Below, piece by piece: positions 40,832 through 54,157 of a stretch of 64,000 bases of DNA (position 1 is the stretch's first letter; every line of letters begins with the position of its first letter). Origin of the DNA: Paraspadella gotoi (lineage: Eukaryota; Animalia; Chaetognatha); assembly GCA_051294375.1 (NCBI GenBank), contig CM119267.1, positions 18,392,992 to 18,456,991 of the forward strand. Direction: 5' to 3'. The notes beneath the pieces are model-generated. The model did no database searches. It had not been told where the DNA came from and saw nothing but the letters and a program-made list of their open reading frames with translations. The position numbers and the translations under genes were made by a program.

Positions 40832-43602
40832 TTAGGATTGAGTGTCTTTTTCTCTAGGCTTATATGTCCAATCAGGAGACTCGGGAATCGTCAAAGGTTT
40901 TTCTGACCCATGAATTTTTGGCTCCTTAAAAGTCGGCATTGGTTTTGACTGAGAAAACAAAAAAGAGACTTGAAAGCGTTTTTAATCAATGTTTTCCCCG
41001 ATTTTTATTAAACTAACCTTGTGAACCATCTCTTCTCTCATTTTTTTAATCGTCTCAGCCTCGGCAATCTTAAACAACCGTTGCTCCTCCTCCTCTTCTT
41101 CCCTTTGTCTGAAAAAAAAAGAAAAGAAAGGAGATCCTAAAATTGATAATGCCATTTACAAATAACAACCAAAATGTCAATTGTCAATAATAACCTGGCC
41201 TCTCGAACTGCGCGCTGCGCTTCATTCTCCTCCCAAGCTTCAGCCCGGTCGTTGGTGGCCAAATGAAATTCTTGGAACTCGGTGAAAGGCTTCCGCGTCG
41301 GTTTCGGGATGAAGGGTTTGCTTTCCAGGACCTTGGGAGGTTGAGCCTTGAATTCTTGAGCTTTTTTTAATGTTTCTTTCTCCTCTTTCAACTTATTCTC
41401 AAACTCTTGTTCTTTGTGATGACCTAAAAGCAAACGTTTAACATTTCGGAAAATTTTTATCCGAACTGTTAATAATATCGTTTTCCGAACCTCTCACGTC
41501 GGTCTTCAAATTGAATGGTTTGGGCTGCGTGGCGCGCTGCGGCTTCTTCTCCGGTAAACCATCACTCGGATTGACGGGTAAAGGTTGAGCATGGAACAGC
41601 CTCTTCGCTTTCTCCGTTTCGTGTTCCTAATTAATTTTTTTTTAAAAAAGGGAAATGAGCGTTTCTTTCGGTAGGTTTTCTATTAAATTTTTTTACCTTT
41701 TCAATGAATTTCTCCTTGTGCTCTATCATTTCCTTCGAGCGCAGTTCACATTCGAACGGCTGCGGGATTGTCACTTTTTTTTCTTTTGCTCCCGGATGAG
41801 ACGATCTGATAAAAAAATTGTTTTAAATGCTCTTACCAGACTGAAAAAAAAAACACGCATTACTACAAAGGAAAAGAATCAAATATTCATACCCAATTTT
41901 AAGAGCAGACTTAATCGCGGCCACCGGACCGCGGGTCGAGTTAGATTTTGTAGAAGGCAGTTTCATTCCTCCATGTAATGTTTTCAACGAACTATTGCAT
42001 TCCTGCTATGTATAATATGTATTATGATTTTCATTAAGAAACATAAATAATTGCCTCTGTTCTGTAAAATAAATCTAACAGTAAGTTTAGAAAAATATTA
42101 AATGTTAATAGTTAACTATATATATCTGTCTTATATTTGTTATCTTACCTCATGTTTCTCTTCCTCCTGAGTCTCTACAATCCTTCGTTTCCTGTTCTTT
42201 AACGCAAAAGCCGGTGACTTCGGAAGCGTTACGGGTTTCTTCTTAGCTGCTGGCAATTTCCCGGGGCCTACTTAAAAAAAAACGCATTATCAATCTATCT
42301 AATACTAGATATAAATATGGATACAAGAAACACGCCTTTGAACATTGAAGGATCCAAAACGGTTTTTGAAACGGGTTGCTTTTCGTCTTTTTGAGCGCGA
42401 ATAGCTTTTCTAACTCGACACCTTTCGGGAGTTTTGGTGAAAAACTTGATAAATTTTTCCGCATCAGACTGGTAGGCATTTCGCGAGGCCTGTAAAAAAA
42501 AAATGAATTGGTTGGTATTCGTGGTGAAAACAAAATCGGCCTCGTCTATCAAATCTTTAACAATTTACCATCGACGCTGCGGTGGGCTTGGAACTGACGG
42601 AAAACGCATTAACGACTTTACTGGACGAAGGTTTGGGATTGTCTTTCTTGGTATCCGACCCGTCCTTGGAAAGACGCGTAGGCGATTTTGTTCGAACACG
42701 TTTGGCTCTGGCGTCTAGGAAATAATGAAATCATCGAGCAACGTGACATTTACTTACAGGGGAAAAAAATAACAAAACTCTTTAATTACCTGTTACAAGT
42801 TTAAACGGAGAAACGTTCGTCAACGTCCGCGCGGAGGTCTTCTTAGACTCGAGTAGTCGATCTCTCGCCCTCTGTGCTGCCTTCCTGCTTGACCTAGTCA
42901 AAGAACTGCCTTTCCGCAAACTCCGACGACGTGAGTTACGAATTATGTTGTTCCTGAGAAAATAACAATAAATTATATGAAAAATATAAGCTGAGAATTT
43001 ATAATACAAGAAGTTACCAATCAACGTTCGGGGGAGTAGAGAAAGTAGTAGTCTTCAAGGTTTTTAATTTTGTAAGATCAGGAATGGTCGCCGGAGTCGT
43101 GGCATTCGATGACGCCGTCAATGACGCGGTCGACGACGCCGCCGACTTTCCATTTCGAAAACTATCGACTTCTTCTTTGGTGGCGCACATGTTGGCTCGA
43201 CGCCGTGGGGCAGGCGTGGTCGATGCCGAAGATCCAGCCACGGAAACAGCGGATGTCGCCGTCACCGTCTCGGCAGAGGTAGTTGCTCCCTCAAAATTTG
43301 AGTGTGGCTCTGGGGAATATGGATCTTCTTCGTCCTGTTAATAAGAAGCTTGGGATTTTTATAAATCGGGAATACGTATTACGTTAATAAATACGATTCT
43401 TTAACAGTGGATAATTTTCATAATATAATTCGCAAGAAAAAGTACATAGCGAGTGTTTTAGTACTATTTAGTACTATCTTGTAGGCAAGACCTGCATATC
43501 GGTAAAAGATTCGTTGCTGAACCAAGAATCTCCATGTTCGTCTTCACCCATGTCTCGTTCAAAATCGTAAAACTGTGGTGCGTCCATTCCATTGTAATCC
43601 AT
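40832..43602 (-). CDS. TPX2: Targeting protein for Xklp2
   Basis: N-terminal Aurora-A-binding-like MDAPQFYDFE..DSWF; SDAEKFIKFFTKTPERCR; TLPKSPAF; FHAQPLP; TQPKPFNLKTDVRG; FKAQPPKVLESKPFIPK; FHLATNDRA; KPLTIPESP. Confidence 0.9.
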
Positions 43603-44003
43603 AATACCGAATGATAGTGTTTGCAGCAAAATTGGTTTTAAAGTATCTAGTAAAGTATCGTGTTCTTTAAAATTTACATCTAAAATATAAAATAGACATG
43701 ACAAAAACATATTTTATAATTTTATGTTTGAAAATTTTGTCTTTCTTTCCCAATAAGAGAACTATTTTTATTTAAAAAAATGTAGAATGTGGAGTTAGTA
43801 AGAGTAATGTCTAAAATTCAATATCAAAAATATGAGAATAGCACCTTGGATTCGGCGATAAACTCGTAATAAAGAGACAATAACAACAAATAAAGCAACA
43901 GATAAAATCGCTCACGAAAGCCGACCCTTATTTCTTACATATATTATTTTTAAAAAAAAGGCAACGGTGAGATAAAGTCATATACACTAACAGTTCTTAA
44001 CCT

Positions 44004-47000
44004 CTATTGGTTAAATTTCGACTGCAACTGACGGAAAGGCGTCGATCTCAAAACCGCCGAAGGAGTCATGGAAGGGGCCTCCGAGGAAGCGACATCCGAG
44101 GAGGCAGCCGTGTTTCCCCCGTCCGAATCCATCCGAAGAGAGCAGGAATCAAGATCCTCGTCTAATTCGGTCAAGTCTTCGAGCGAAGAAACAGAGTTGG
44201 AATCTGTCGACAAGGAAGAAGTGACGGTTTGCACGCTGCCCCCAATCGTGGCGGCGGAAACGAGGCGCCGCTTCGGGAGCGTTTCGTCGTTCCCGCCGAA
44301 AGCGTCGTCGCCGCTCGAATCGCTTCTTTCCCGGCGGGGGGAGTCTTCATCCAGCGATACTATCGAGTCGAGCGTCTGGACGCTATCCGATTTCGAGGCC
44401 GCTCGACGTTTATTCCGCTCCTCCACTCGACGTCGAAGTAGCGCCTCGAAATTGGCTTTAGTAGGCTGCATAGCGAGACGAGCTTCAGCGACGTCTTTCG
44501 AAGCGGTGGCTTTAGCGACTTCCGGCTGCCTATCTTTGACGACCGATTTCACAAACGACTTTGTCGGGGATTTTGGTGGATGGTTAACGATCCGATGAGA
44601 TGGACCATTATTGTCGCTGGAGCAACAGCTGGATCCAGAAGGTGTGGGACGTCGTCGGCCTGCATTAGCCTCGTCCCGTTTGACGACAGCCTTGTTGCTT
44701 CTCTCCTCACTAGGGACACCTTGCCCTTTTATGCAAATTAGCTTAACCCACAATGGTTTCGGACTGGTGGCCACGTAAATAGCGTGAGAATCGATGGATC
44801 TGGACAGCAGTCGAAAATTGGGAAAGACGAAAGAACGCCTCTTCGAAAGAGCCGTCTTGTCGGAGGACAAGAATCTCGTCTCGACGCCGTTAAGGTAGGC
44901 AACGTATATGACGCCACCCACGTGAGCGAAACCCAGCGGAGTTTGCGACCAATGGAACAATTCCTGTCGCGTCCGTCGCCCGAATCCGTCAACGAAAAAG
45001 CCAAACTCGTGGAAGCAGAGAAGAATCTCTTCGTTGCCGTCTTTGTCGCCACCCGATGGAGAGACAAGGATGGCTCCGACCGGAAACGTGGCCCCCGACG
45101 AAAGCTTTTGCAGGACATATTTGTTGTTCTCGTCGCTCTTGTCTAGGAAAAAATTGGCACTGTGGGCGCAGGAGCGCGTCACATCAATCTCGTGAAACTG
45201 ATCGGCGCCGATAATTAGAGAGGGAGAAGGATTGGTCGGATCCTGGTCGTGGAACAGTAGGCAAGAGACCGGTTCGATCACGCGAACCTCTTGGGTGACG
45301 ACGAACTTTCCCAGACGAGGCTGGTACTTAAGGAGGACAACTTTTTCGAAAAGCGCCGCGGCTACCAGGGGACACTCGGCTCTTTCGTCTTGTACGGAAA
45401 AGAGAAGGCAGCCTTCGGCTTCCGGAATCCAAGTAGTATGAACAGAAGGCAGCGCCTTGGCGTAAATGACGCCCTGCACGTCCGACTTGAGTTGGTTGAT
45501 GTCCAGCAAGACGAGATTCCTTTTGGCGCCGATAAGAGCCATGGCGCCTCCCATGGCTACCACCGGCGACATTTGGAAAACGCTCTCCGGGCCACCGACG
45601 CGGGCGTGTCTGTTATTAGCCAGTCGCGCGAGGAAGAGACCAGTGTCGGTGCCGAGGAGAAGCGTCTCGTTGTCGAGAATCAAGCAGCAGTTGATATCGA
45701 GGTGGTGCTTGTCGCGAAGAGTGAGCAACGGGTTGCCTAGCAACGACGACGAATCGCCACTGTCTCCCGATCCAAACTGTAGATTCTCTTTTTCTTCTCC
45801 GTCGAAAACAACGCGCATGAGAGCCGTCATCCAACTCTTCTTCGAGTCAACGTCGGCAGCGAGAAAGTGAAGGGTTCTCGCTGGCCAACAAGTCGTCGAC
45901 GGCTGCAGCTCCATCTTGAAGATGCAGCGCATCTCGTTGGGAGAGACGCCGCCGAGCAGCGAATCGGCCGAATCAGCGTGGATGGCGCTAACGCCAACGG
46001 ACGCGCCATCTCTCGGCCGCAGATCGAATCGATCAATCGGTCGGGTTTTGTTCTCATCGAGGACGGTGAGGACGGCGTCCGGGGCGTTAAGGTCGACCCA
46101 GCGTTTCTCCCATTTTCCGGAGGCAACGTGAAAAACTTGCAAAACTCCGCCTTTGCTCGAGTCTGCCAGCGACCGAGAGCCGGGGGTTCTTGACGAAGAC
46201 GGCGATAGAAAGTAATCGAATTGATCGAGCGGCTGACCGCAATCGTCGCTCGATTTGGCGGCGCAAGCGTTATGAACGACGGTCTTGCAATCGGAGCACC
46301 GCTGAGCTTTGGCGCCGAAACGCGCCGTCCCCATGCAAATGGAGCACTTGGCAGGACGAGAGACGAGAAAGGCGGAAAATTGATGGAAAGTGGGGCGGCG
46401 AACGGGAGCGGCGTTGGCGGGCGGCGGAGTCGGAACCAACGACGCCGATTGAGTTCTAACACTACTGCATGCGGAGGTGACGGAGGGAGTGGCGCTGTCG
46501 TAACCCGAAGTGAAGTTAGCGCCTGGGTGTGAGAGAAGTATGCGTGATGAAGTCGATTGCGATGATGATCGTTGAGATGCTTTTTTTCTTGAATAACTAC
46601 TGTAATGGCCGTCACTACGTTAGTATGATACAATAAATACTAGGATTTTGAGATGAAACGTGCCCGAGATGACTCGCACCAAGCGACACTGAGCAAGATT
46701 TTATTTGGCAGTTGCATAAATAATTCCCCCCAAGCGTAGATCACCGACACACCAATCACCGTAAAAAGCTCGATGTGAACATGACGTTTTGACTGGTTTT
46801 AAAAACTGTACCTTCGTTCCGCGAAGAGATTTCCGACGAGGACTGCGTCTCCTCCGAACCGGAAATCGAGGCTGTCTCCGATTCCTCTTCCGGAAGATTC
46901 TCTGAATCGTTGGCGGAGGAAGCGAGAGAGACGGCGTCGGCCGAAGACACGGAATCGTCGAAAATCTCGTGAACGATGTTTTCTTCGGAGAAATCCACGT

Positions 47001-50000
47001 TTTTCCTCTGTCGCTTTTTTCGACTCGATTCTGCGCTTTCCTCTAAAGTAACTTCGCTCTGCGATTCGTGCGGTCGACGCGTCGTCGTCTTACGAGAGAT
47101 ATGCGGCTGCGTCCGGGTTTTCTCAGGCTGTAGCTGCGGCGGCGGCTGCAACGGAGGAGAGTAATTCGGGGCCACGTTGATTTCGGCCATTATTCGTGGG
47201 AGCGTATCTCGCGAATCTTTGGACGACGACTTCAAGGCCCCAAAGATTCCGCGTTTTTTTCTTCTTTCCTCTTCCTCGGATTTCATTTTTTCCTGCAGGT
47301 GCTGAATTAGCTTGCTGTGCTGTTGAATTTGGCTCTGCATACGATATTTTTCCGTTCCGTGCGTCATATTTTCTTTCTCCATCTTCGTCTCGAGGTTCAT
47401 GAGTTGCAAATGAAGTTGTTCTTTTTCTTCATTAGTAGAATCCAACTGCTGTTTAAGTGCGGCGTTGATTTCTTGCGATTGCTTAAATTGGGTCAACATC
47501 GCGGACATTTCCTCTTTGAGCGAGTTGTTTTCTTCCTCGTTGGTGTCGAGATATTTCGACTTAATCTTTATTTTACTCTCTAACATGGCGTTTTGCTTAG
47601 TCACCTCGGCCAATTCATCGTGCACTGTGGCCAACTCGTGACGTTTAATTGTTAGTTGAGCCTGGAGAGCGTCGGTTTCTTGGCGATAACCGTTAAAAAC
47701 TGTGTCTAGCTTCTCCCCGGTCTGTTTCTTAAGATTTTCCGCCGTTTGGCGCATTCTCTGTTCACATGTCAATTTGGCTTCTAACTCTAAAACCTGCTTG
47801 TGATTTTCTTCGTATTTCTGCTTGTACTCTTTCACCAAATTTTCGTTTTCTTTCCCAGCATCTTCCTTTTCGCTCAAAAGCTTTTCCAAAGCCGTCAGGT
47901 GTTCTTCCTGCTCGGTGCACATGGCTTCCAACAGCTTTACCTTCTGCGTTTTGGCCGTTATGTCCTCCTTTTCCTCCTTGAACGAACTCAATTCGCCCTC
48001 GAGTCGGTCGCGGATGATTTTGCTCGATTCCATTTTTCGCTCCAATTCTCTAACCTTAAGAGTCAGAGAATCTTTTTCCTTCGTCAGCGATCCCAGACGA
48101 TTCAATTGACTCGTCGCCAACTTAAGCTTGGTATCGACCTCGGCTTTTTGAGTGAGAATCGACTCGTAGTCAAACTTGAGGCTCTTCGCGGATTGAACGT
48201 CGTCGGCGTCCCTTTTCATCCGCTCTTTCAAATCCTTTTCCGTATGTTGAGCCGTTTCCAACTTGGCCTTGGCGACAACGGCGTCGCTTTTGGCCGTCCG
48301 CAGCTCCTCCCACAAACTGGAATTCTCCTTCTTTAGCTTGTCCTTCTCCTCGTCCTTTTCGTTTTTCAACTCCTCCAGCTCCTTCTTCGTCTTTTCCAGC
48401 TCCCTCTCTCTGGCGTTCTTGATCGCCTCCAGCACCGTCTTGTCTCGCTGAAGCTCGGCCACGGTTCGCTCCTCCGCCGAAGCTTTTGTCATCAACTCCT
48501 TCCTCGAGAGGCTGCGTCGGTTGGCCTCGGCGAGCTTTTGCTCCAAAATCGAGATTTGCTCTTCGAGCTCGGGGCATTTCTTCCGCGAATCGTTCTTATC
48601 CTTCTCCGCTCTCTTCCGGTCCTCGTCGGCATACTTGATTGACTCGCGCATGCGTTCTATCTTTCGCTCAAAGGTCTTGATCTCGACTTCGTGGAGCCGT
48701 TCGCTCTCTTTTCGCTCCCGCTCCAGTCGAGCGAGATTCATCTTCATCGTCTCTGCCTCTTGTTTAAGAATCAAGTTTTGTTCCTTGAGAGAATCCTTGA
48801 CAAATTCAGGGTCGATGCATTCGAGAAGGGACTGGCGGTTAGAGTTGTCGCGAAGACGTTCGATGTCGTCGCGAGCCGATTGCAGCGCGTCGTCCTTTTC
48901 GTCGACCAAGATTTGGAACTGGCATAGATCCTAGGAAGGCTTGCATTCAGGACATTTTCTTTTTCCGGGGCAAATTAGAAAGAACCTACCTTTTCAACTT
49001 CTCCCTTTTGCTTAACGACGGAATTCAATTCCTCCTTCAATTCTGTTATCTTCTTTTTCAGATCATCAATCTCACATTCCGTCCGGACGAGAGGTTCCAA
49101 ATCTAAAACACTCCTACGACTTTTCTTGAGGGTCTGCGAAAAAAGAAATGGATTTTGCAGTTAGGTACATAGGGGTACTAACTTACTATTTGAAATAGAT
49201 CAGATTTACGATTTACCTTTTTCTCATTTTCTCCGTTTGAATATTCATTCACTTTGCGCAACTTTGATTCTACTTCAATCAACGTCTTTTCACGATCTAG
49301 TTTCACATTCTCCAATTCTTTTTTCACGGCCCAATAATTCTACAAAAAATGTAAGAAAAATTCTTATTGGGTTAAATTTTAGCATTTGCAAGCAAATCAT
49401 TTTTTCTTTTAATTTAATTTAATGTTGTGGCGGTATATTCACACCGCCTTACGTCCACCATCCTTCAGCCAAATCCATTGGCTCAGAGGGGGAACACACC
49501 ATCCCAGGCGTAGTGTTCCATCCACAGTCCTAACGACTTCCCTCTGCGTTGGCAAAGCGAGACCGTCCTAGGGTAACCGCGCCAGTGACTGGAGGCGTCA
49601 CTGAGGGTCGGAAGCCCCCAAAGCCAACAGTGAGATGCCCCATCCCAATGGGCATCACAGGCAACCCGGCTGTTGCCATAATGTCATGTTTATTTAAAGT
49701 AGTTTGTACGTTCGTCGTTGTCATAGACGAAAATCGTATCAAATTTACATTAAGATTATCGTCTTATATGGAAAATTTAAAATCTAGCTAGCATTGCGCT
49801 TAGGATATATAGTATATAAACTATATATAGGATATATTATATACCTTTTGAGCGTTATCCCTCTCGCGAATGATTTCTTCGAGTACGGGCCACATATCCT
49901 CCAATTCGCGACGCGCTTGCAGAGTTTTCGTATCGACAAAGGCCTCACACGCCCGAGCATTCTCCGCAAGCATCTCCTGCGCTTCTCTTTCACGATCTTT

Positions 50001-52074
50001 GATTCTTTGACGCAGGTTCAGAAGATCGGCTTGAGAAGCGGCAAGATCCACCATCAGATTGTTTCGTTCCTCCTCGATACTAAAGGAATGTTTAGTAGGC
50101 TAGTTAAAACCCGTTACATATGTTGTTGCACGACTTCCATTTTCTCTCAATTTACCGAAAAAGTCGGACGCTTCTTTCCTCTAGAGCTTCTCGAACTTTA
50201 TCCAACTCAGAGATCAAGTTTTTATTGTGCGCTGCTAATTCGGAATTTCGAAGAGTTGCTTCGCGCAATTCCCGGGAACGGTTTGTCGAATCCACTGCCA
50301 AAGAACGCCTAGAAAAGATAAAAATGCTAAGTCGGAGGCTTTATTCGCGAACGACACAAAATGGCACCGTAACAGCAAAAATTCCGACCTGGAGCTAGAA
50401 TCCTGCGTGGTGTGGGTAAACCCCACAAAGGCGAGGTTTTTTCCGTCGAATCCGTTCTTTCCCATGCGCTTGAGAGCGGTCGGGTCCGGCGGGCGACGAG
50501 ACTGTGCCGAGGCCATTGTCTCGTTGAGGTCAAAGTCGTCGAAGTTGGAGGTGTCGTCGGGCGATGTCAACGTCGGCACGAAAGGAGGCACCGAGAATCG
50601 GATGGTGGGAAAGTCGACGCCGCGGAAAAACGGGTGCGATTTTATTTCGTTGTATCCTGAAACAATTAGAAACGGGAGTCCATACACGGCTTTTTTGGTT
50701 AACAATTACAGAAGGCTTCAAATAAAAACTCACTCAATCTGTCATTGGCGTCTGTAAGCAGTCGCTTAATGAGATCGATAGCTTCAATGGAGACCGAGCC
50801 GTCAGCAGGAAACTTGAGAGCTTTCTTGTGATTTGATATGTCGGCCACCTTCTTAGCGGGATCAAGCGTTCCGGATGAAAAGGGTAAGGATCCGTACAGC
50901 ATTTCGTACAGGACAACGCCTATAAAATTTTGTGTAGGCCGTAGAGCAATTAAGATTGAGTTAATGAAAAATATTCTTAAAACTAACCGAGAGACCACCA
51001 ATCGCACTCAGCTCCGTAAGCAGCTTTAACGCTTTTCGGGTAGTTGTTGTTAGCGTTGATTGTTTGCATCACTTCGGGGCTGACGTAGTCCAAAGTGCCT
51101 ACAGGCATCGGGCAACCGCGGACTTTCCCATCTTGGCCGAGTCGAGCGGCTGATCCAAAATCGGCGAGCTTCAAGTGTCCCGTCCTATCGATGAGTATGT
51201 TTTCGGGTTTTACGTCGCGGTGGACGTACCCCAGTTGATGAACGCTGTTGATGGCTTCAACCTGAAAAGAAAGAATTAGGCAAAAGAGGTTACATTTAGT
51301 AGGTAAAAATTGACTTCCTTTTATCACTCGGTTACCATCTCGGCCACGTAAAACTTGGCGACGCTTTCCTCCAGCACATCGTTGTGTCGTGAGAGCAACT
51401 GCAGCAGGTCGCCGCCCCCGTGAAATTCCATCACCAAATAGAGATCCTCGGAGTCTTGAAAGGCGTATTGCAAACCCGTGATCCAATCAGAGCGAGCGCC
51501 TGAGAATAGCAAGATAATATGTATTAGCTGACAGACAAAGATGGGATCTCCCGCTATCGGAGCCCGTTGTCGCTCACCCGCGGCCAATATGTCCCTTTCC
51601 TCCTCGAAAAACGCGCAGGTGGATTGGCTGCGAATCTCTGACTTTCTGAGAATTTTCAATGCGAAAACATCGTCGGAAGATTTTTCTTTGACGACCTTGA
51701 CTTCGCCGAAGTGACCGCGCCCGATCGTGCGGATGACTTCAAAATCGTTGAGAGAAGGGCGCAAGGACCGAACCGCGCGGACGGCAGGGCCGCAACGGTT
51801 GGCGAATTCCATGAGGGACGGGTCGTCGTTCTGACAAAATTTAGAAAAGACATGTCAATTATTTTTGCAATTATTTTTGACTGATAAATGTCGAATAGTC
51901 AATTCGATTTTCACGAACCTTTTTTCCGATGGCTTCATCGTAGAATATCTCGAAAAGATCGAGGAGGGCATTGTTGGACAGAAGTGGCTTTGCTTTGGCA
52001 TCTGAGACAGATCCGCCTCGACCATTAAGGATCTGCGCCAATCTGGCGCCTCGGGAAAGGATAGATTCTGACAT
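44004..52074 (-). CDS. CIT: Citron Rho-interacting kinase (Sticky): kinase, coiled coil, C1, PH and CNH domains
   Basis: [19 protein letters not shown]; [30 protein letters not shown]; [12 protein letters not shown]; [19 protein letters not shown]; long coiled coil; C1 domain; PH domain with TTCWP motif; CNH domain [19 protein letters not shown]. Confidence 0.92.
49422..49684 (+). mobile_element. ~260-nt GC-rich multi-hairpin insert in a Citron intron (retrozyme-like)
   Basis: Complementary ends ATGTTGTGGC/GCCATAATGT; stems GGCGGT/ACCGCC, CAGAGGG/CCCTCTG, GGAACAC/GTGTTCC, GATGCCC/GGGCATC, GGCAAC/GTTGCC; contains a twister fold. Single copy in the window, so mobility is inferred. Confidence 0.55.
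49548..49628 (+). ncRNA. Twister ribozyme, type P5
   Basis: GUUGGC-AAA-GCGA-GA-CCG-UCCUAGGG-UAA-CCGC-GCC-AGUGAC..GUCACU-G-AGGG-U-CGG-AA-GC-CCCC-AAA-GCCAAC. Core nucleotides present; T1 CCG:CGG; two terminal A-C mismatches. Predicted cut U49574/A49575. Confidence 0.82.
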
Positions 52075-52238
52075 TGTTTTTTTTACGAGGGGTTCTACAT
52101 CATTTTTCTACTTTTAATTCAATTAGTAATTGACTACAAAAAGTAACAAAAACACCAATCGGTAGGTTTAAATTATTAAAAATCATGAAAAATAATGAAA
52201 AATCACAGTCGAAAGAAAAGCTTTCTTTATTCTCGGGA

Positions 52239-53720
52239 TCACCTTCCCGCTTCCGTTTCCATAAAGTCACCACTATCGCTTTTATTGAGCGATTTCAAAA
52301 TGTTTTCCATGATTTTTTTAAAAGCGTCCGTCGCGGGGGACGCAGAGTCAAGAAACGACCTCCCCTCGTCACAGCTTTGACCCACGCGAGGATCCAAGGG
52401 AAGTTGGCCCAGCAGGTCGCATTGCATGTCTTCGCACAATTGAGCCGCACCGCCTGTCCAATTCAATTATTATTGAATGTCTACTTGAATGTGTAACAAA
52501 TACAAAAGCAAAAGAGTGAAAAGGAAAAATGGGTTTACCAGATGTCGGAGGAAATATTCGTGATTCGTGACTGCATTTTGGACAGATAAATCCACTCATA
52601 TTCTCGATGACTCCGATAATTGGCAAACCGACTTTGCGACAAAAGTTAATTTCCTTTCGAACGTCCAACAAAGATAGCTGGAGTTTTCAATAAAAAATAT
52701 TCAACATTTTAACCTTGTTCGATAGTATTCTTTTTGGTTTCGTTGTGTTTGAGATTAGCGTAATTTGTTTTGTTGCGACAACGATTTTATTTGTTTTAAA
52801 AAACAGACATGTTTCGACTATTTCTAGTCTTATGAAGATTATGAAGATTCGAAATAGAGTCGAAACAAATAAAATCGTTGTTGCAACAAAACAAATTTCG
52901 CTAAACATTTGAACAATATTGGTTGTACCAATTTCATAGAAGTAGAGAAAGCAAAACTAACCCTTTTAATCCCAATGTTTCTCTACGGAAGCTCGTCTCA
53001 AATTTTACCTCTTGCGGCGTAGTGACGATAACGGCGCCGTCGATTCCAGCTGCGCTCAGATATTGAACGATGGAGAGATGTTCGTCTGAGGTTCCTGGGG
53101 GAGTGTCGATAACTAAGCATTCCAACTCGCCCCAGTCGACGTCCCGGAGAAATTGCTTGATGAGGCCGTTCTTCTTAGGACCGCGCCAAATGACAGCGTC
53201 GTCAGGACTAGAAAGCAAAAATCCCACCGACATGACGGAGAGATTGTCGTCGACTGCGACCGGCGACCATCCCGATCCGCTCTGGTGCACCTGCTCCCCC
53301 AAAACGCCCATCACTCGTGGGACGGACGGCCCGCAGATGTCGATGTCAAGCAAGCCGAATTGTTTATCTTCGTCGCCCGCAGCCAAGTAGCGCGCGAGAT
53401 GAGCCGCCACTGTGCTTTTTCCTACGCCTCCTTTGCCCGAAAGGACTATAACCTTGTGCTTGACATCGGCGAGTTTTTCTAAAAATCGTGAAATGAGTAA
53501 TAGTAGTAGTTACTGAGTAAATAATAAAATGCGCCAATAAATATATATGAAACAAACCTTTAATGACCAGAATATCGGGATCAGGCGCTCGCGGCATCCC
53601 AGAAGAGCATATTTTTTGATTCGGGCATCCGGCACAGGGAGCGGCTTTACCCGCTAGATCACTTTGGGTTCCAGGGCAGGATTCGGGCGCTCCTTCGGGG
53701 ATATCACCCGTCTCGGACAT
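52239..53720 (-). CDS. NUBP1: Cytosolic Fe-S cluster assembly factor NUBP1 (Nbp35)
   Basis: N-terminal [22 protein letters not shown]; [12 protein letters not shown]; [10 protein letters not shown]; [16 protein letters not shown]; [12 protein letters not shown]; [11 protein letters not shown]. Confidence 0.97.
52755..52904. repeat. Foldback / MITE-like inverted repeat in a NUBP1 intron
   Basis: TTAGCGTAATTTGTTTTGTTGCGACAACGATTTTATTTGTTT against AAACAAATAAAATCGTTGTTGCAACAAAACAAATTTCGCTAA, plus an inner arm TGTTTCGACT../..AGTCGAAACA. Confidence 0.8.
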
Positions 53721-54157
53721 GATCATATTCGGTCACATTGAACATTTAATAAAAAATAGCCTCTAAAACAAAGAGACATCAAAAATAATTTATTTGATAC
53801 GTAAACTGAAGAGAAGAAGATATGGGAAACTTAATGCCTTTTCCAGCCTAGAGATTTAATTACGTAAAACTAAGTTTACTTAACGAAATGTATCAAAAAC
53901 CGAAGACTTAAGATTTAAAAAAAAAGTCAACATTAATGAAGAGATCGAAGTGCGCTCTGAAGAAAAACGGGACCTGGCAAAACGAATACAAAGTGCCAGG
54001 TAGACAACGACTCTAGTGCGATAAAATGAGGAATGATTTTTTTTTGGGGGGAAACCTGTCACCAATCGCTGAGCAGATCTTGTCCATAGCATTAATTCTT
54101 CCAAGAGAGAAGAAATTGACCAGAATATTGCTGCGTGAACATCGAAGAATTTCTCGT

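Noticed and set aside
49422-49684. Hammerhead or HDV-like ribozyme on the opposite strand of the structured insert
   Set aside because: No CUGANGA/GAAA core or convincing HDV nested pseudoknot was found by eye.
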